Below the pieces are notes generated by a model. The model was not told where the DNA came from. It saw only the letters and a list, made by a program, of their open reading frames with translations, and searched no databases. From the NCBI GenBank assembly GCA_027306505.1, contig DAHUZP010000001.1, positions 120,932 through 184,931 of the forward strand: a stretch of 64,000 nt of DNA, read 5' to 3'. Positions within the stretch are counted from its first letter, which is position 1; the number at the start of each line of letters is the position of its first letter. This document shows, piece after piece, positions 1-9,052 of the stretch. The stretch is from Thermoplasmata archaeon (GTDB lineage Archaea > Thermoplasmatota > Thermoplasmata > Lutacidiplasmatales > UBA184). The translations under genes were made by a program, and so were the position numbers.

Positions 1-2967
1 TCGACGGTCGCGGAGACGGCGAGCTTCGATGTGCTCTCGGTCCCTGTCGTCTCGGCCCCGACGCCGAGCGTGCCCTCGGTCGACCTAGGACAGTCCGTCC
101 TCTTCTCCACCACCGCTTCGGGGGGTACCGGCACCTATCCGACCTACACTTGGTCCGCGTCTTCGGTCTTCATGGGGTGCACGTTCGCCAACGGTCCCTC
201 GATCAGCTGCGCGCCCTTCCGGGTCTCGGCGGGCTACACCGTCTCGGTGTCCGTGACGGACTCCGGAGGCAGGACCTCGGCGACGGCGATCTCATCGGCC
301 TTCACCGTGTACGCGGATCCCGCGCTCTCCACGCCCTCGGTCCAGGTGAACGGGACCGTGGCTTCCCAAGCTGACCAGGGAGAGACGCTCCTCTTCACGG
401 CCTCGCTCACCTCCTCAGGGAGCGGAGGGATCTCGAGCTACGGTTGGACCGCTCTTCCCCCTGGGTGCGCCGGAACGGGGAACACCGTGACCTGCACCGC
501 CTCCGCCGCGGCGATCGGGACCTACTCGGTCTCCGTGAGCGTGAGGGACTCCAACGGCGTCAGCGCGACCAGCGCCTCCGCGAGCCTCTCGATCTTCGCG
601 GACCCCACCCTGACCGGCTACGCCCTCCATCCATCGGCCGACGTGGGTCAGGGCGGGTACTTCGTCGCCCTACCCGCCGGAGGCTCGGGGACCTACACCA
701 ACTACACTTGGTCCGGGCTCCCCGGTCCGGAGTGCTTCCGCACCCTCTACTCCTCCACCGCGCACTGCGTCTTCTCCGTGTCCGACCTCGGGACGCTCAC
801 CGTGTCGTTGCGGGTCACGGACTCCACCGGCTGGGTGGTCTACGCCGGGCCTAGCAACTTCGCCTTCACGGTGTACGCGGACCCTTCGGTCTCCACCCCC
901 GCGATCACCGTGAACGGGACCGCGGGCAATACCGCCGACGCGGGCCAGACGGTCGGCTTCGCGACCACCCTAGTCAATCCGGGCAGTGGAGGGTTCTCGC
1001 AGTACACCTGGACGGGACTTCCCACCGGGTGTGCGGGGACGACCGCCTCGCTCACCTGCAAGCCCACCTCGACCGGCACGTACCTCGTCCGGGTGAACGT
1101 GACCGACTCCAACGGGGTCACGGCGACGAGCACCCAGGTCTCCCTCACGATCTTCCCATCGCTTGTCGTCCCCGGCCCTGGCCTTTCGGTGAACCCCGTC
1201 CGGGTCGGCCAGAGCGTCGACCTTTCCGTTACGCCGTTCGGAGGGGCGACCCCGTACGCGACCTACCTATGGAGCGGTCTTCCCTCCTCCTGCACGGGGG
1301 TCACCACCGCGACCCCGGTCTGCACGGCGGCTCCCTCAGACGTGGGGTCGCACGCGGTCTCCGTCCAGGTCACGGACGCCCTCGGCTGGAAGGGCGGCTC
1401 GCTCGGTTCGACCCTGCTCATCGTGGTCACGGGCAGCTCCTCCCCCACCGTATCCACGCCCATCGCGAACCGTTCCTCAGCGGACATCGGGCAGTCCGTC
1501 TCGTTCAGCGCCCAAGCTTCGGGAGGCAGCGGCGGTTACGTCTATGCCTGGAGCGGTCTGCCCGCGTCCGGCTGCACCGGGACCACCTCCGCGACGGTCA
1601 GCTGCGCCCTCACCGCCGCGGGGAAGCTAAGCCTCTCCGTCGTGGTCGCCGATTCCAGCGGAGCGAGCTCCCCGGCGAGCGGAACGCTCTCGTTCACCGT
1701 CTATGCGCTTCCCTCGCTCGCGGTCCCGACCGCCTCCCTCGCCTCCGGGGGGCTCGATGCCGGCCAGGGCGTCGACTTCACGACCACGATCACCTCCACA
1801 GGCTCGGGTGGCGCGGTCGTGGTCTGGACCTCGTCCTCCAACCTGCTCTCCTGCTCGTCGAACCCTTCGACACCGACCTTGCTCACCTGCCTCGCCACCT
1901 CCAGCGGGAACTACACCGTCACGGTCGAGGTCACCGACTCGAACGGGGGCAGGGCGAGCGCGCTCTCAGCGTCCGAAGAGGTGCTCTCCGACCCGACCGC
2001 CCCTGCGCCTGGCGCGAACCCCTCGACGGTCGACGTGGGAGCCTCCTCGACGCTCGCGACGGCGCCGTACGGCGGTGCGGGTGGCTTCTCGGTCCAGTGG
2101 GTCGGGCTCCCTGCCGGTTGCTCGGGCACGACGGCCTCCATCTCCTGTGCCCCTTCGACCGCGGGGACCTACCCGATCTGGGTCCAGGTGACGGACGCGA
2201 ACGGCCTCCAGGTCACCTCCCTGCCGGGGGCGCTCACGGTGCATGCGACCCTCGGGGTCAGCGCGAGCGCCTCCCCAACGCAGTCCACGGCGGGCGAGCC
2301 GGTCGCCTTCGCTGCGACCCTCTCGGGAGGGACCGCCCCGTGGTCGATCGCTTGGAACTTCGGGGACGGTGGCCGGGGGACGGGCGCGGGGGCGAGCCAC
2401 ACCTACGCAAGCCCCGGGACCTACACCGCTCGGGTGTGGCTCAACGACTCCACCGGAGCTTCCGTGTCGGCGACGGTCACCGTGACAGCGGTCGCAGCGA
2501 GCACCACCTCCACCCCGACCACCGGGGGAAGCGGCCTGTCCTCCAACATCCCCCTCTGGTGGTTGGTCCTCGTCCTCGTCGTGATGCTGGTGGCCCTCGC
2601 CGTCGCACTCCTGGCAAGCAGGCGCCGAGGGAGCGGGGCGGCCGGGGCCGCAGCGGCAGGCGAGGTCGGCGCGGAGGCAGAGCCCTCCGCCGAGGGAGGG
2701 GAGAAGGCCGTCGACGAGAGCTCCGAGACCGAAGCTCCCGCCGAGACCTCCAGCGAGACCGAGGCGGAGCCTTCCACCGTTGCCACGGAGGAGGGCGCGG
2801 CAGAGTACTCCGAGCAGAACGAGCCCACCGAGACCACCCCGGCCTCCGACCTCAGGGAGGGTCGAGCGGTCGAGGTGGACGAGTCGAACGATGGCCAGGC
2901 TTCCGAGGGGCAAGGCGCGGGCTCGGACGAGGTCACGGTGGACGAACCGCCCGAGGAAGGACCTTGA
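1..2967 (+). CDS. Large membrane-anchored surface protein with Cys-paired PKD/Ig-like repeats (5'-truncated at window edge)
   Basis: Frame is open from base 1. About 8 Ser/Thr-rich repeats of the form W-x-GLP-x-x-C...C...GxYxVxVxVxDSxG, one canonical PKD motif (AWNFGDG...HTYASPGTY), a TM helix (LWWLVLVLVVMLVALAVALLA) followed by RRR, and an acidic tail. Confidence 0.85.
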   Translation, partial: STVAETASFDVLSVPVVSAPTPSVPSVDLGQSVLFSTTASGGTGTYPTYTWSASSVFMGCTFANGPSISCAPFRVSAGYTVSVSVTDSGGRTSATAISSAFTVYADPALSTPSVQVNGTVASQADQGETLLFTASLTSSGSGGISSYGWTALPPGCAGTGNTVTCTASAAAIGTYSVSVSVRDSNGVSATSASASLSIFADPTLTGYALHPSADVGQGGYFVALPAGGSGTYTNYTWSGLPGPECFRTLYSSTAHCVFSVSDLGTLTVSLRVTDSTGWVVYAGPSNFAFTVYADPSVSTPAITVNGTAGNTADAGQTVGFATTLVNPGSGGFSQYTWTGLPTGCAGTTASLTCKPTSTGTYLVRVNVTDSNGVTATSTQVSLTIFPSLVVPGPGLSVNPVRVGQSVDLSVTPFGGATPYATYLWSGLPSSCTGVTTATPVCTAAPSDVGSHAVSVQVTDALGWKGGSLGSTLLIVVTGSSSPTVSTPIANRSSADIGQSVSFSAQASGGSGGYVYAWSGLPASGCTGTTSATVSCALTAAGKLSLSVVVADSSGASSPASGTLSFTVYALPSLAVPTASLASGGLDAGQGVDFTTTITSTGSGGAVVVWTSSSNLLSCSSNPSTPTLLTCLATSSGNYTVTVEVTDSNGGRASALSASEEVLSDPTAPAPGANPSTVDVGASSTLATAPYGGAGGFSVQWVGLPAGCSGTTASISCAPSTAGTYPIWVQVTDANGLQVTSLPGALTVHATLGVSASASPTQSTAGEPVAFAATLSGGTAPWSIAWNFGDGGRGTGAGASHTYASPGTYTARVWLNDSTGASVSATVTVTAVAASTTSTPTTGGSGLSSNIPLWWLVLVLVVMLVALAVALLASRRRGSGAAGAAAAGEVGAEAEPSAEGGEKAVDESSETEAPAETSSETEAEPSTVATEEGAAEYSEQNEPTETTPASDLREGRAVEVDESNDGQASEGQGAGSDEVTVDEPPEEGP

Positions 2968-3081
2968 TCTGGGAGCCGAAGGGGGGTGCCTTCCCCCCGG
3001 CCGTCGCCGCCCCTTCTCCCCTTGGGGCCGGGTCACCCTGAGCGAGGGAGGGCCGATGACGCCCATCCTCAGGCATAGCAA

Positions 3082-3096
3082 GTTCCAATTTGGAAC
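3082..3096. promoter_or_regulatory. Perfect palindrome GTTCCAA-T-TTGGAAC, possible operator
   Basis: 7-bp arms with a 1-nt spacer in an AT-richer intergenic patch about 95 bp upstream of the ATG at 3190. Confidence 0.35.
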
Positions 3097-3189
3097 GTGC
3101 ATGTCTCATTTTCGCGACATCCGTAACGCCGGGCTCACTACGGTAGGTCTCTCTTCAGCCTCTATCCCTTGGACAACGGGGAGAGAACC

Positions 3190-3687
3190 ATGACAGCCGC
3201 TGGAGCTTTTTCGATGGACGGACCGAGCCCGAACACGGCCACCGCTTCCCTATACCTATCGGAGACCCACCCGACACCGAGCCCTACCTTCCGGGCGGCG
3301 GTGACCTCGATCCTGGTGGACCGGGGCCGATGTGTGCTCTTCGTGGGCACCCCCGAGGCGCTCCTCGCGCTAGAAGAGGACCCTGAGGCGCGAGAGGCGG
3401 TCCCCCCCCGGCAACGGTGGGCGGGTCGCCCCCTCAAGGCGATCGCCCGGAGCGCGCGCAAGGGGTTCGACGAGCTCTTCCGGTCCGGCTGCAAGGACCG
3501 CTCCGTGCTGGGCGTCATGGCTCTGCCAGAAGAGGTCGTACAGGCGATGCTCTCTCCAGGGGGGCACGGCCGCTATGCCCTCGTGGTCGAAGGAGTGGAC
3601 CCCACCGATCCCGAGGTAGAGTTCGCGCTGAGCGGGATCCGTGCGCTCACCGAGCGGTCCGGGACCCTCCTCGCGACCTTTCCCTGA
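3190..3687 (+). CDS. Hypothetical protein (possibly a degenerate RecA/KaiC-like alpha/beta fold)
   Basis: ATG at 3190 within ORF 3169-3687. Alternating strand/helix pattern (CVLFVG, YALVVEGVD, TLLATF). No Walker A. Confidence 0.55.
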   Translation: MTAAGAFSMDGPSPNTATASLYLSETHPTPSPTFRAAVTSILVDRGRCVLFVGTPEALLALEEDPEAREAVPPRQRWAGRPLKAIARSARKGFDELFRSGCKDRSVLGVMALPEEVVQAMLSPGGHGRYALVVEGVDPTDPEVEFALSGIRALTERSGTLLATFP

Positions 3688-3741
3688 GCACGTGGGGAGG
3701 AGGGCGAGAAACCCTCTTCCCCCGCTCCGGTTCCACCGGGC

Positions 3742-4575
3742 GTGGCCGAGAAGGGCAGTCGGATCGCGATCCTTTCCATCGAGGGGACGAACTGTGACGA
3801 GGAGCTCGCCCGGGCCTTCCGTCTCCTGGGGGCCCGCCCGGAGATCGTGCACCTCAAGCAGTTCGAGGGCCGGGATGTTCCCACCGAGAAGCTCCGCCGC
3901 CTGCACGACTATCGGGCGCTCATGGTCCCTGGAGGGTTCTCCGCCGGCGACTACGTGCGCGCCGGCGCAGTGCTCGGAGCGCGCGTGAAGAGCGTGCTCG
4001 GCAAGGACCTCGCGGACTTCGTCCGGGCCGGGAACTTGGTCGGAGGGATCTGCAACGGGTTCCAGGTCCTGGTCGAGATGGGCCTCTTGCCGGGCCGGAT
4101 CGGTGGGGCCGTGGGGGCTCCCCAGGCCGTGCTCAACACCAACGATTCCGCTCACTTCGAGTGCCGACCCACCCTGTGCCGCTGGGAAGGAGGGAACTTC
4201 CGCCCGATGAGCGGCCGCTTCCCGAAAGGCACCGTGTTCTACATCCCCTCCGCCCATGGCGAGGGCAAGCTGATGCTCGCCGGAGGAAAGGGGGCGAACC
4301 TTCCCGAGCTGGAGGAGAACGGCCAGATCCTCTTCCGCTGGGTCGATCCGGACGGGCGGACCGGGGGCTATCCCTGGAACCCCAACGGTTCGGAGGGGAA
4401 CGTCGCCGGGCTCTCCAACCGGGAGGGGAACGTCTTCGGTCTCATGCCCCACCCTGAGCGGTCCATCTCGGTCCTCCAGTACGCGGACCGCACCCGTCGA
4501 GGGGCCACGGACGGCCCTGGCGACGGTTGGAAGTTCCTCGAGTCCTTAGTACGCTATACCGAGCGTAACACCTAG
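3742..4575 (+). CDS. purQ: Phosphoribosylformylglycinamidine synthase glutaminase subunit
   Basis: GTNCDEE, PGGFSAGDY, GICNGFQ nucleophile motif, AHGEG, NPNGS, GLMPHPER. Confidence 0.95.
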   Translation: MAEKGSRIAILSIEGTNCDEELARAFRLLGARPEIVHLKQFEGRDVPTEKLRRLHDYRALMVPGGFSAGDYVRAGAVLGARVKSVLGKDLADFVRAGNLVGGICNGFQVLVEMGLLPGRIGGAVGAPQAVLNTNDSAHFECRPTLCRWEGGNFRPMSGRFPKGTVFYIPSAHGEGKLMLAGGKGANLPELEENGQILFRWVDPDGRTGGYPWNPNGSEGNVAGLSNREGNVFGLMPHPERSISVLQYADRTRRGATDGPGDGWKFLESLVRYTERNT

Positions 4576-4582
4576 GAGATCC

Positions 4583-5257
4583 ATGACAGAGGGACGGCCG
4601 GGCCCCAGGCTCCCGGGATCGTCGCTCGACGTGCGGAGGAACTGGTCCGCCACGTACCGTTCCACCGCCTTCGAGGACCTCCCGTGGTTCCGCCGTGAGG
4701 CGACCCCATGGATCACAAGGGCCCTCCGTGAACGGTGGATCGACCGGAAGGGGACCCACCTGGACGTAGGGTGTGGGGCCGGCAGCAACGTGCTCTATCT
4801 CGCTTCGCAGGGGTTGCGAGCGGTGGGCACGGACCTCGCGCCTGAAGCGATCCGCGCCGCGTCGGACCGCCACGCGAAGCTCCCGCGAGCGAAGCGGGCG
4901 CGCTTCGTGGTCGGGGACGCCCTGGAGCTTCCCTTCGAAGAGGCCGCCTTCAGCTCATCGAGCGACATCGGATGCTTCCATACGCTTCCCCCCGAGCGGA
5001 GAAAGGACTACGCCCGGGAGCTCTCGCGCGTGGTCAAGCCCGGGGGTCGGCATCTCCTGAGCTGGGCGGCCCGGGAGGAGACCGCAGAGCCTGGACCGCG
5101 CCACCGGCTCTCCGTCCAGGAGGTGGTCGAGGCGATGGAGGAACACTTCCAGTGCCTGCGCGTGGAGTACCAGATGCACCCCCGACAGTGGAAGGGTCTC
5201 CACACCTACTGCGCGGTCCTCGAGCGCCGCTCCGTGCCCCAGCCTGCCCCGCGATGA
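4583..5257 (+). CDS. Class I SAM-dependent methyltransferase (TPMT/TehB-like)
   Basis: LPW motif, LDVGCGAG SAM motif, GDALEL, DIGCFH, VKPGG. Confidence 0.85.
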   Translation: MTEGRPGPRLPGSSLDVRRNWSATYRSTAFEDLPWFRREATPWITRALRERWIDRKGTHLDVGCGAGSNVLYLASQGLRAVGTDLAPEAIRAASDRHAKLPRAKRARFVVGDALELPFEEAAFSSSSDIGCFHTLPPERRKDYARELSRVVKPGGRHLLSWAAREETAEPGPRHRLSVQEVVEAMEEHFQCLRVEYQMHPRQWKGLHTYCAVLERRSVPQPAPR

Positions 5258-5270
5258 GCGGACGCCGGGG

Positions 5271-5903
5271 TCACCTGGCCTGCCCTGTCTGCCTGGATGA
5301 GGGAGCGGCTGAGCGGGCCATGAGCTCGAGCACCCAGAGGGTCTCCGCGGGAAGAACGCGGTCACCGACCAGGTCGACCACCTGCACCCTTGGGGCGGGA
5401 ACGGGCAGTCCTCGGGTCCGGATAGGGGCGCCGGGTAGAGAGGCCACCAGCAGGTACGCACGCCCTCCAGGGAGAAGGTGGTCCGGGAGGTCGGAGAGGA
5501 AACCTCGGACGAAGGCGAGCCCGTCCGCTCCCCCGTCGAGAGCGAGGTCGTGCCAGGGATCCGGGTCGTGGTCCTCTTCCCCCGTCGGAAGATAGGGAGG
5601 ATTGCAGGCGACCACGTCGAAGCGACCCAACCCGGCAAACAGGTCGGCCCGTACCGCTTCCACCTGCAGGCCCCGAAGCTTCGCTGACGATCGGACCGAG
5701 GCGAGCGCGTGGGGGTTCACATCGGAGCCAACGGCCCTTGCCCCGGCCCGGGCGGCGGTCAACGCGGAGAGGCCGAGCCCACAGCCCACCTCCAAGAATC
5801 GCTCCCCTGGACGGACCGAGAGGGAGGAAGCTAGGAGGACCGAATCCTCCCTCAGCGGGTAGACGTGAGGGGTCGGAAGCAGGTCCAGGTCACGGAGCGG
5901 CAC
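5271..5903 (-). CDS. HemK2/MTQ2-family protein glutamine methyltransferase
   Basis: VYPLREDS, LEVGCGLG, SDVNP, NPPY, DGGADG. Start uncertain (GTG 5903 chosen; ORF is open to 5963). Confidence 0.85.
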   Translation of the reverse strand: MPLRDLDLLPTPHVYPLREDSVLLASSLSVRPGERFLEVGCGLGLSALTAARAGARAVGSDVNPHALASVRSSAKLRGLQVEAVRADLFAGLGRFDVVACNPPYLPTGEEDHDPDPWHDLALDGGADGLAFVRGFLSDLPDHLLPGGRAYLLVASLPGAPIRTRGLPVPAPRVQVVDLVGDRVLPAETLWVLELMARSAAPSSRQTGQAR

Positions 5904-5989
5904 CAGGGGGGAAGGACGACCCGGGGCCGCTTTAGCCCCTCCCCCCCTCCCCTCGGTCCCCACGCAGCGACCGAGAGAAGGGAAAGGGG

Positions 5990-7117
5990 ATGGAGGAAGC
6001 CACGTTGGAGGGCGGGGTCACGACCCAGCGTAGGGTGCAGGAGGGAGGGACCACCTTCCTTCTGCCGGGCTCGGGGCGACGCGCAGCGGAGAGGGGCCCC
6101 GCGCATCGGGCCCCCGTCTTCTACAATCCCGCGATGGCGATCTCTCGAGACCTCCACCTGTGCGTCGTGCAGGCGCTCCATCAAGCCGCCGGACGGCGAC
6201 TGACCATCTGGGACGCCCTCGCCGCTTCAGGGATCCGGGGCGCGCGGACCTTGGGGGAGACGTCCGCCGTCGAACGTCTGTTGTCGACCGACCTTCAGCC
6301 GGAGGCGGTGGGATGGTTGCAGAGGAACCTCTCACACATCGACCCCGAACGGTCGGTGGCACGGAAGGCGGACGCGCTCGAGGTCCCTCCGGAGGCCCCC
6401 TTCGACCTCATCGATCTCGACCCGTACGGGACCCCGATGCCCTTCGTGGACACCGCCCTCGCTGCGGTGCGACCGGGGGGAGTGCTCGCGGTCACGGCGA
6501 CGGACATGGCGGTGCTCGCGGGTCCCGAGAGGGAGGCCTGCCAGCGGCGGTACGGCGGGAGGCCGCTAAGGAACTACCTCTGCCGGGAGGCCGGGCTCCG
6601 GATCCTGATCGCCGCCATCGCCCGAAGGGCCTCGCTCCGGGGAAGAAGGGCGGTGCCGCTGCTGAGCTATGCGCGGGACCACCATGTGCGCAGCTACCTC
6701 AGGATCGACGTGGCGCGCGGGGAGGACGAGCCTCCGGTCCGCGCCGTGCCCTTCGAAGGGTACGACGGGCCTCCGCTGCTCCACGGGGTCAAGGGAGGAC
6801 CCCTGTGGACGGGCCCGCTCCATGACCGGACCATCGTGGAGCGCATGACCGCCATCGGATCCGCCGCGAGACCCAAGGAGCTTGACGCATGGCTGGCTCT
6901 GCTCCATGAAGAGTCAGGGTTGGACCTGCTCTTCTACTACGAGGCGGGAGCCGTGGGCAAATGGTTGGGACTGGACCGGCAACCGCCCTTGGCCGACCTG
7001 CTGGCCGCACTACGGAAGAGGGGATGGCTCGCCTGCCGAACGTCGATGGAACCCTCCGGCTGGAGGACGAACGCACCGTCGATCGAAGTGGCGAGGCTGC
7101 TTAGGGAGCTGGTTTGA
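5990..7117 (+). CDS. trm1: tRNA (guanine(26)-N2)-dimethyltransferase
   Basis: VFYNPAM..SRD, DALAASGIRG, DLDPYGTP, TATD, EAGLRIL, GPLWTGPLHD, RTNAP. Confidence 0.93.
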   Translation: MEEATLEGGVTTQRRVQEGGTTFLLPGSGRRAAERGPAHRAPVFYNPAMAISRDLHLCVVQALHQAAGRRLTIWDALAASGIRGARTLGETSAVERLLSTDLQPEAVGWLQRNLSHIDPERSVARKADALEVPPEAPFDLIDLDPYGTPMPFVDTALAAVRPGGVLAVTATDMAVLAGPEREACQRRYGGRPLRNYLCREAGLRILIAAIARRASLRGRRAVPLLSYARDHHVRSYLRIDVARGEDEPPVRAVPFEGYDGPPLLHGVKGGPLWTGPLHDRTIVERMTAIGSAARPKELDAWLALLHEESGLDLLFYYEAGAVGKWLGLDRQPPLADLLAALRKRGWLACRTSMEPSGWRTNAPSIEVARLLRELV

Positions 7118-7240
7118 GGACTTCCGCCGTCGGACGCCTTTCCTGACCATGTCGGCCGCAGGGTCCGAGGGGCGGGCATCATGTCGCGGGGCTCAAATAG
7201 TGCTTCCCGATGGAACTCGCCGTCCTTCATCGGGTCGGTC

Positions 7241-7315
7241 GGGACTGTGGGCTAGCTTGGTCTAGACTTGGGCGTTCGGGACGCTCAGACTCCGGTTCAA
7301 ATCCGGACAGTCCCA
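7241..7315 (+). tRNA. tRNA-Pro(CGG), no intron, CCA not encoded
   Basis: Acceptor stem GGGACTG/CAGTCCC; anticodon stem GGGCG/CGCTC with loop TT-CGG-GA (7277-7279); T arm TCCGG-TTCAAAT-CCGGA. Confidence 0.93.
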
Positions 7316-7334
7316 TACTGACATACGTTAGAGT

Positions 7335-7365
7335 CCCCCCCTCCTCACCCCGAGGGGAGGGGGGG
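7335..7365. terminator. GC-rich hairpin downstream of tRNA-Pro
   Basis: CCCCCCCTCC (7335-7344) pairs perfectly with GGAGGGGGGG (7356-7365). No U-tract, so function is unproven. Confidence 0.35.
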
Positions 7366-7461
7366 CGCGTCTCGCCCTATGGCGAGTGCCGCCCATCGAG
7401 GACCGGCTCTTGGTGGCTTAGGTTGATCTTGAAGGCGCTGCTGTAGAGGCGAAGAGGAAGT

Positions 7462-7501
7462 CACGGTTTCAGGGGGCGGGTGAGCGCCCCCTGATACCGT
7501 G
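7462..7501. repeat. 17-bp inverted repeat (one mismatch, 6-nt loop)
   Basis: CACGGT-T-TCAGGGGGCG / GGTGAG / CGCCCCCTGA-T-ACCGTG. Confidence 0.75.
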
Positions 7502-7679
7502 GCGCCCGGCCCGGCGGATCCGCGTAACGTTCTTGTCCTCGCCCGCCTACCGAAACAAGGCGAAACCAAGGTTCGGGACCATCGCGCCGTCTTGGCCCTT
7601 GAAAGGGCACCCATCGTTCCTGTCGGTGGGAACAGGACCCTGAGAAGGTACCGAGCTCCTGAGAGCCCATGGCCGTAGG

Positions 7680-9035
7680 ATGATCCGTCTCTGCATCAGC
7701 ACCCAGACCCCACCGATCCGTCCCCTGCCCGGAGCCCCGACCAGCCCGCATGCTACATGGACGCTCAACCGCGACTACGTCCCGCAGGTCGGGGGTGTGG
7801 TCCCGATGATGCGCGCGCTCCTCGGCGAAGGAAGCGGCTCGTGGATCGCTCCCAACCCACGATGGGTAGCCCTGGGCTCTCCGGGCATTCCCGAACATGC
7901 CCGAACCTCGGAGGGCTACGTGGTCGAGACGGTGCGCGTCCCGCCCAAGGAGCTTCAGCTCTACGGGAGGTTCAAGGAGCGGGTGTGGAGGTCGTTCCAC
8001 GGACCTGGGTTCCCCCAGTTCGTCCCCGAGGAATACCGTGCCTTCGTCTCATACAGCCACGCCACCGCTGACGCGCTGCTCGGCCACCTGGGTGAGGTCG
8101 ACCTCTACTACATCAACGACTTTCAGCAGATCCTGTGCGGGGCGATGATCGGCTCCGCCGCTCCTTCCCTTCTCCGCTGGCACATTCCCTTGGAGTTCAG
8201 GGGATACCCCGAGCCGGTACGACGGTTCTTCCTGCGCTTGATGGAGGACTACGACGCGATCGTCGTGAGCACCCGCTCCGCGCTCGAAGAGCTCATCCGG
8301 GCGGGCTTCCATGGCCGGGCCTTCCAGGTCTACCCGTACATCAATCCCGCCGAGCACAAGGTCGCCACCGCCGCCGAAGTGCAGGCGTTCAAGGATCGTC
8401 AGAAGTTGGGGGACGGCCCGATCCTGCTCTCCGTTTCACGTCTGGACCCGGTCAAGCGACAGGACACGCTGATCGAAGCCTTCGCCCGCGTCCGACGACG
8501 CTTCCCCGACGCGAAGCTTCTCCTGGTCGGGGGAGGTAGCTTCTCCACGCGCCGGCTCTCCCAACACGGTCTCCCCTCCAAGGCCGTCTTCTGGGAGGCT
8601 CGTCTCCGCGCTCTCGTCCACCGCCTTCGCCTGGACGATGCCGTGGTCCTGACCGGTGAGCTGAGCTCGGAGGACCTCCGTGCCGCCTATTCCTCGGCGA
8701 CCGTGTTCGTGCATCCAGCCCCATGGGAGGGTTTCGGCCTCGTCGTCGTGGAGGCCTGGCTCCGAAAGATCCCGGTGGTCGTGAGCCGAGGTGCCGGTGT
8801 AGGGGAGCTCGTGAACGACGATGTCAACGGCTACCTCTTCCCCCCGGGGTCCGTCGCGAGGCTCGCCTCGCGCCTGACCCGGATCCTCGCCCACCCCGCC
8901 CATGGGGAGCGAATGGGCGACATCGGGGCCCTGACCGCGCAACGTTGCTCTGTCCGTCGAGAGGCACCTAAGCTTCGCAGGATCTTCGAGCATTCGATCC
9001 GCAAGTACCGGCGCAGCGGTCTCCTTTCCTCGTAG
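7680..9035 (+). CDS. GT4 glycosyltransferase (trehalose synthase TreT-like)
   Basis: GGVVPMM, INDFQ, RWHIP, VSRLDPVKRQD, EGFGLVVVEAW. Confidence 0.85.
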   Translation: MIRLCISTQTPPIRPLPGAPTSPHATWTLNRDYVPQVGGVVPMMRALLGEGSGSWIAPNPRWVALGSPGIPEHARTSEGYVVETVRVPPKELQLYGRFKERVWRSFHGPGFPQFVPEEYRAFVSYSHATADALLGHLGEVDLYYINDFQQILCGAMIGSAAPSLLRWHIPLEFRGYPEPVRRFFLRLMEDYDAIVVSTRSALEELIRAGFHGRAFQVYPYINPAEHKVATAAEVQAFKDRQKLGDGPILLSVSRLDPVKRQDTLIEAFARVRRRFPDAKLLLVGGGSFSTRRLSQHGLPSKAVFWEARLRALVHRLRLDDAVVLTGELSSEDLRAAYSSATVFVHPAPWEGFGLVVVEAWLRKIPVVVSRGAGVGELVNDDVNGYLFPPGSVARLASRLTRILAHPAHGERMGDIGALTAQRCSVRREAPKLRRIFEHSIRKYRRSGLLSS

Positions 9036-9052
9036 CGGCGGTAGAAGCATCG

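Noticed and set aside
1029-3041. Long alternative-frame and antisense ORFs (e.g. 1029-3041, 42722-45121, 52075-54846, 36999-38954)
   Set aside because: Shadow ORFs expected at high GC. They are Arg/Pro/Gly-rich, lack motifs and overlap well-supported genes.
7440-7660. Possible RNase P or SRP RNA (GAGGAAGTC, GAAA loops)
   Set aside because: The conserved P4 partner strand and the SRP helix-8 motif could not be found. Kept only as an unexplained structured spacer.
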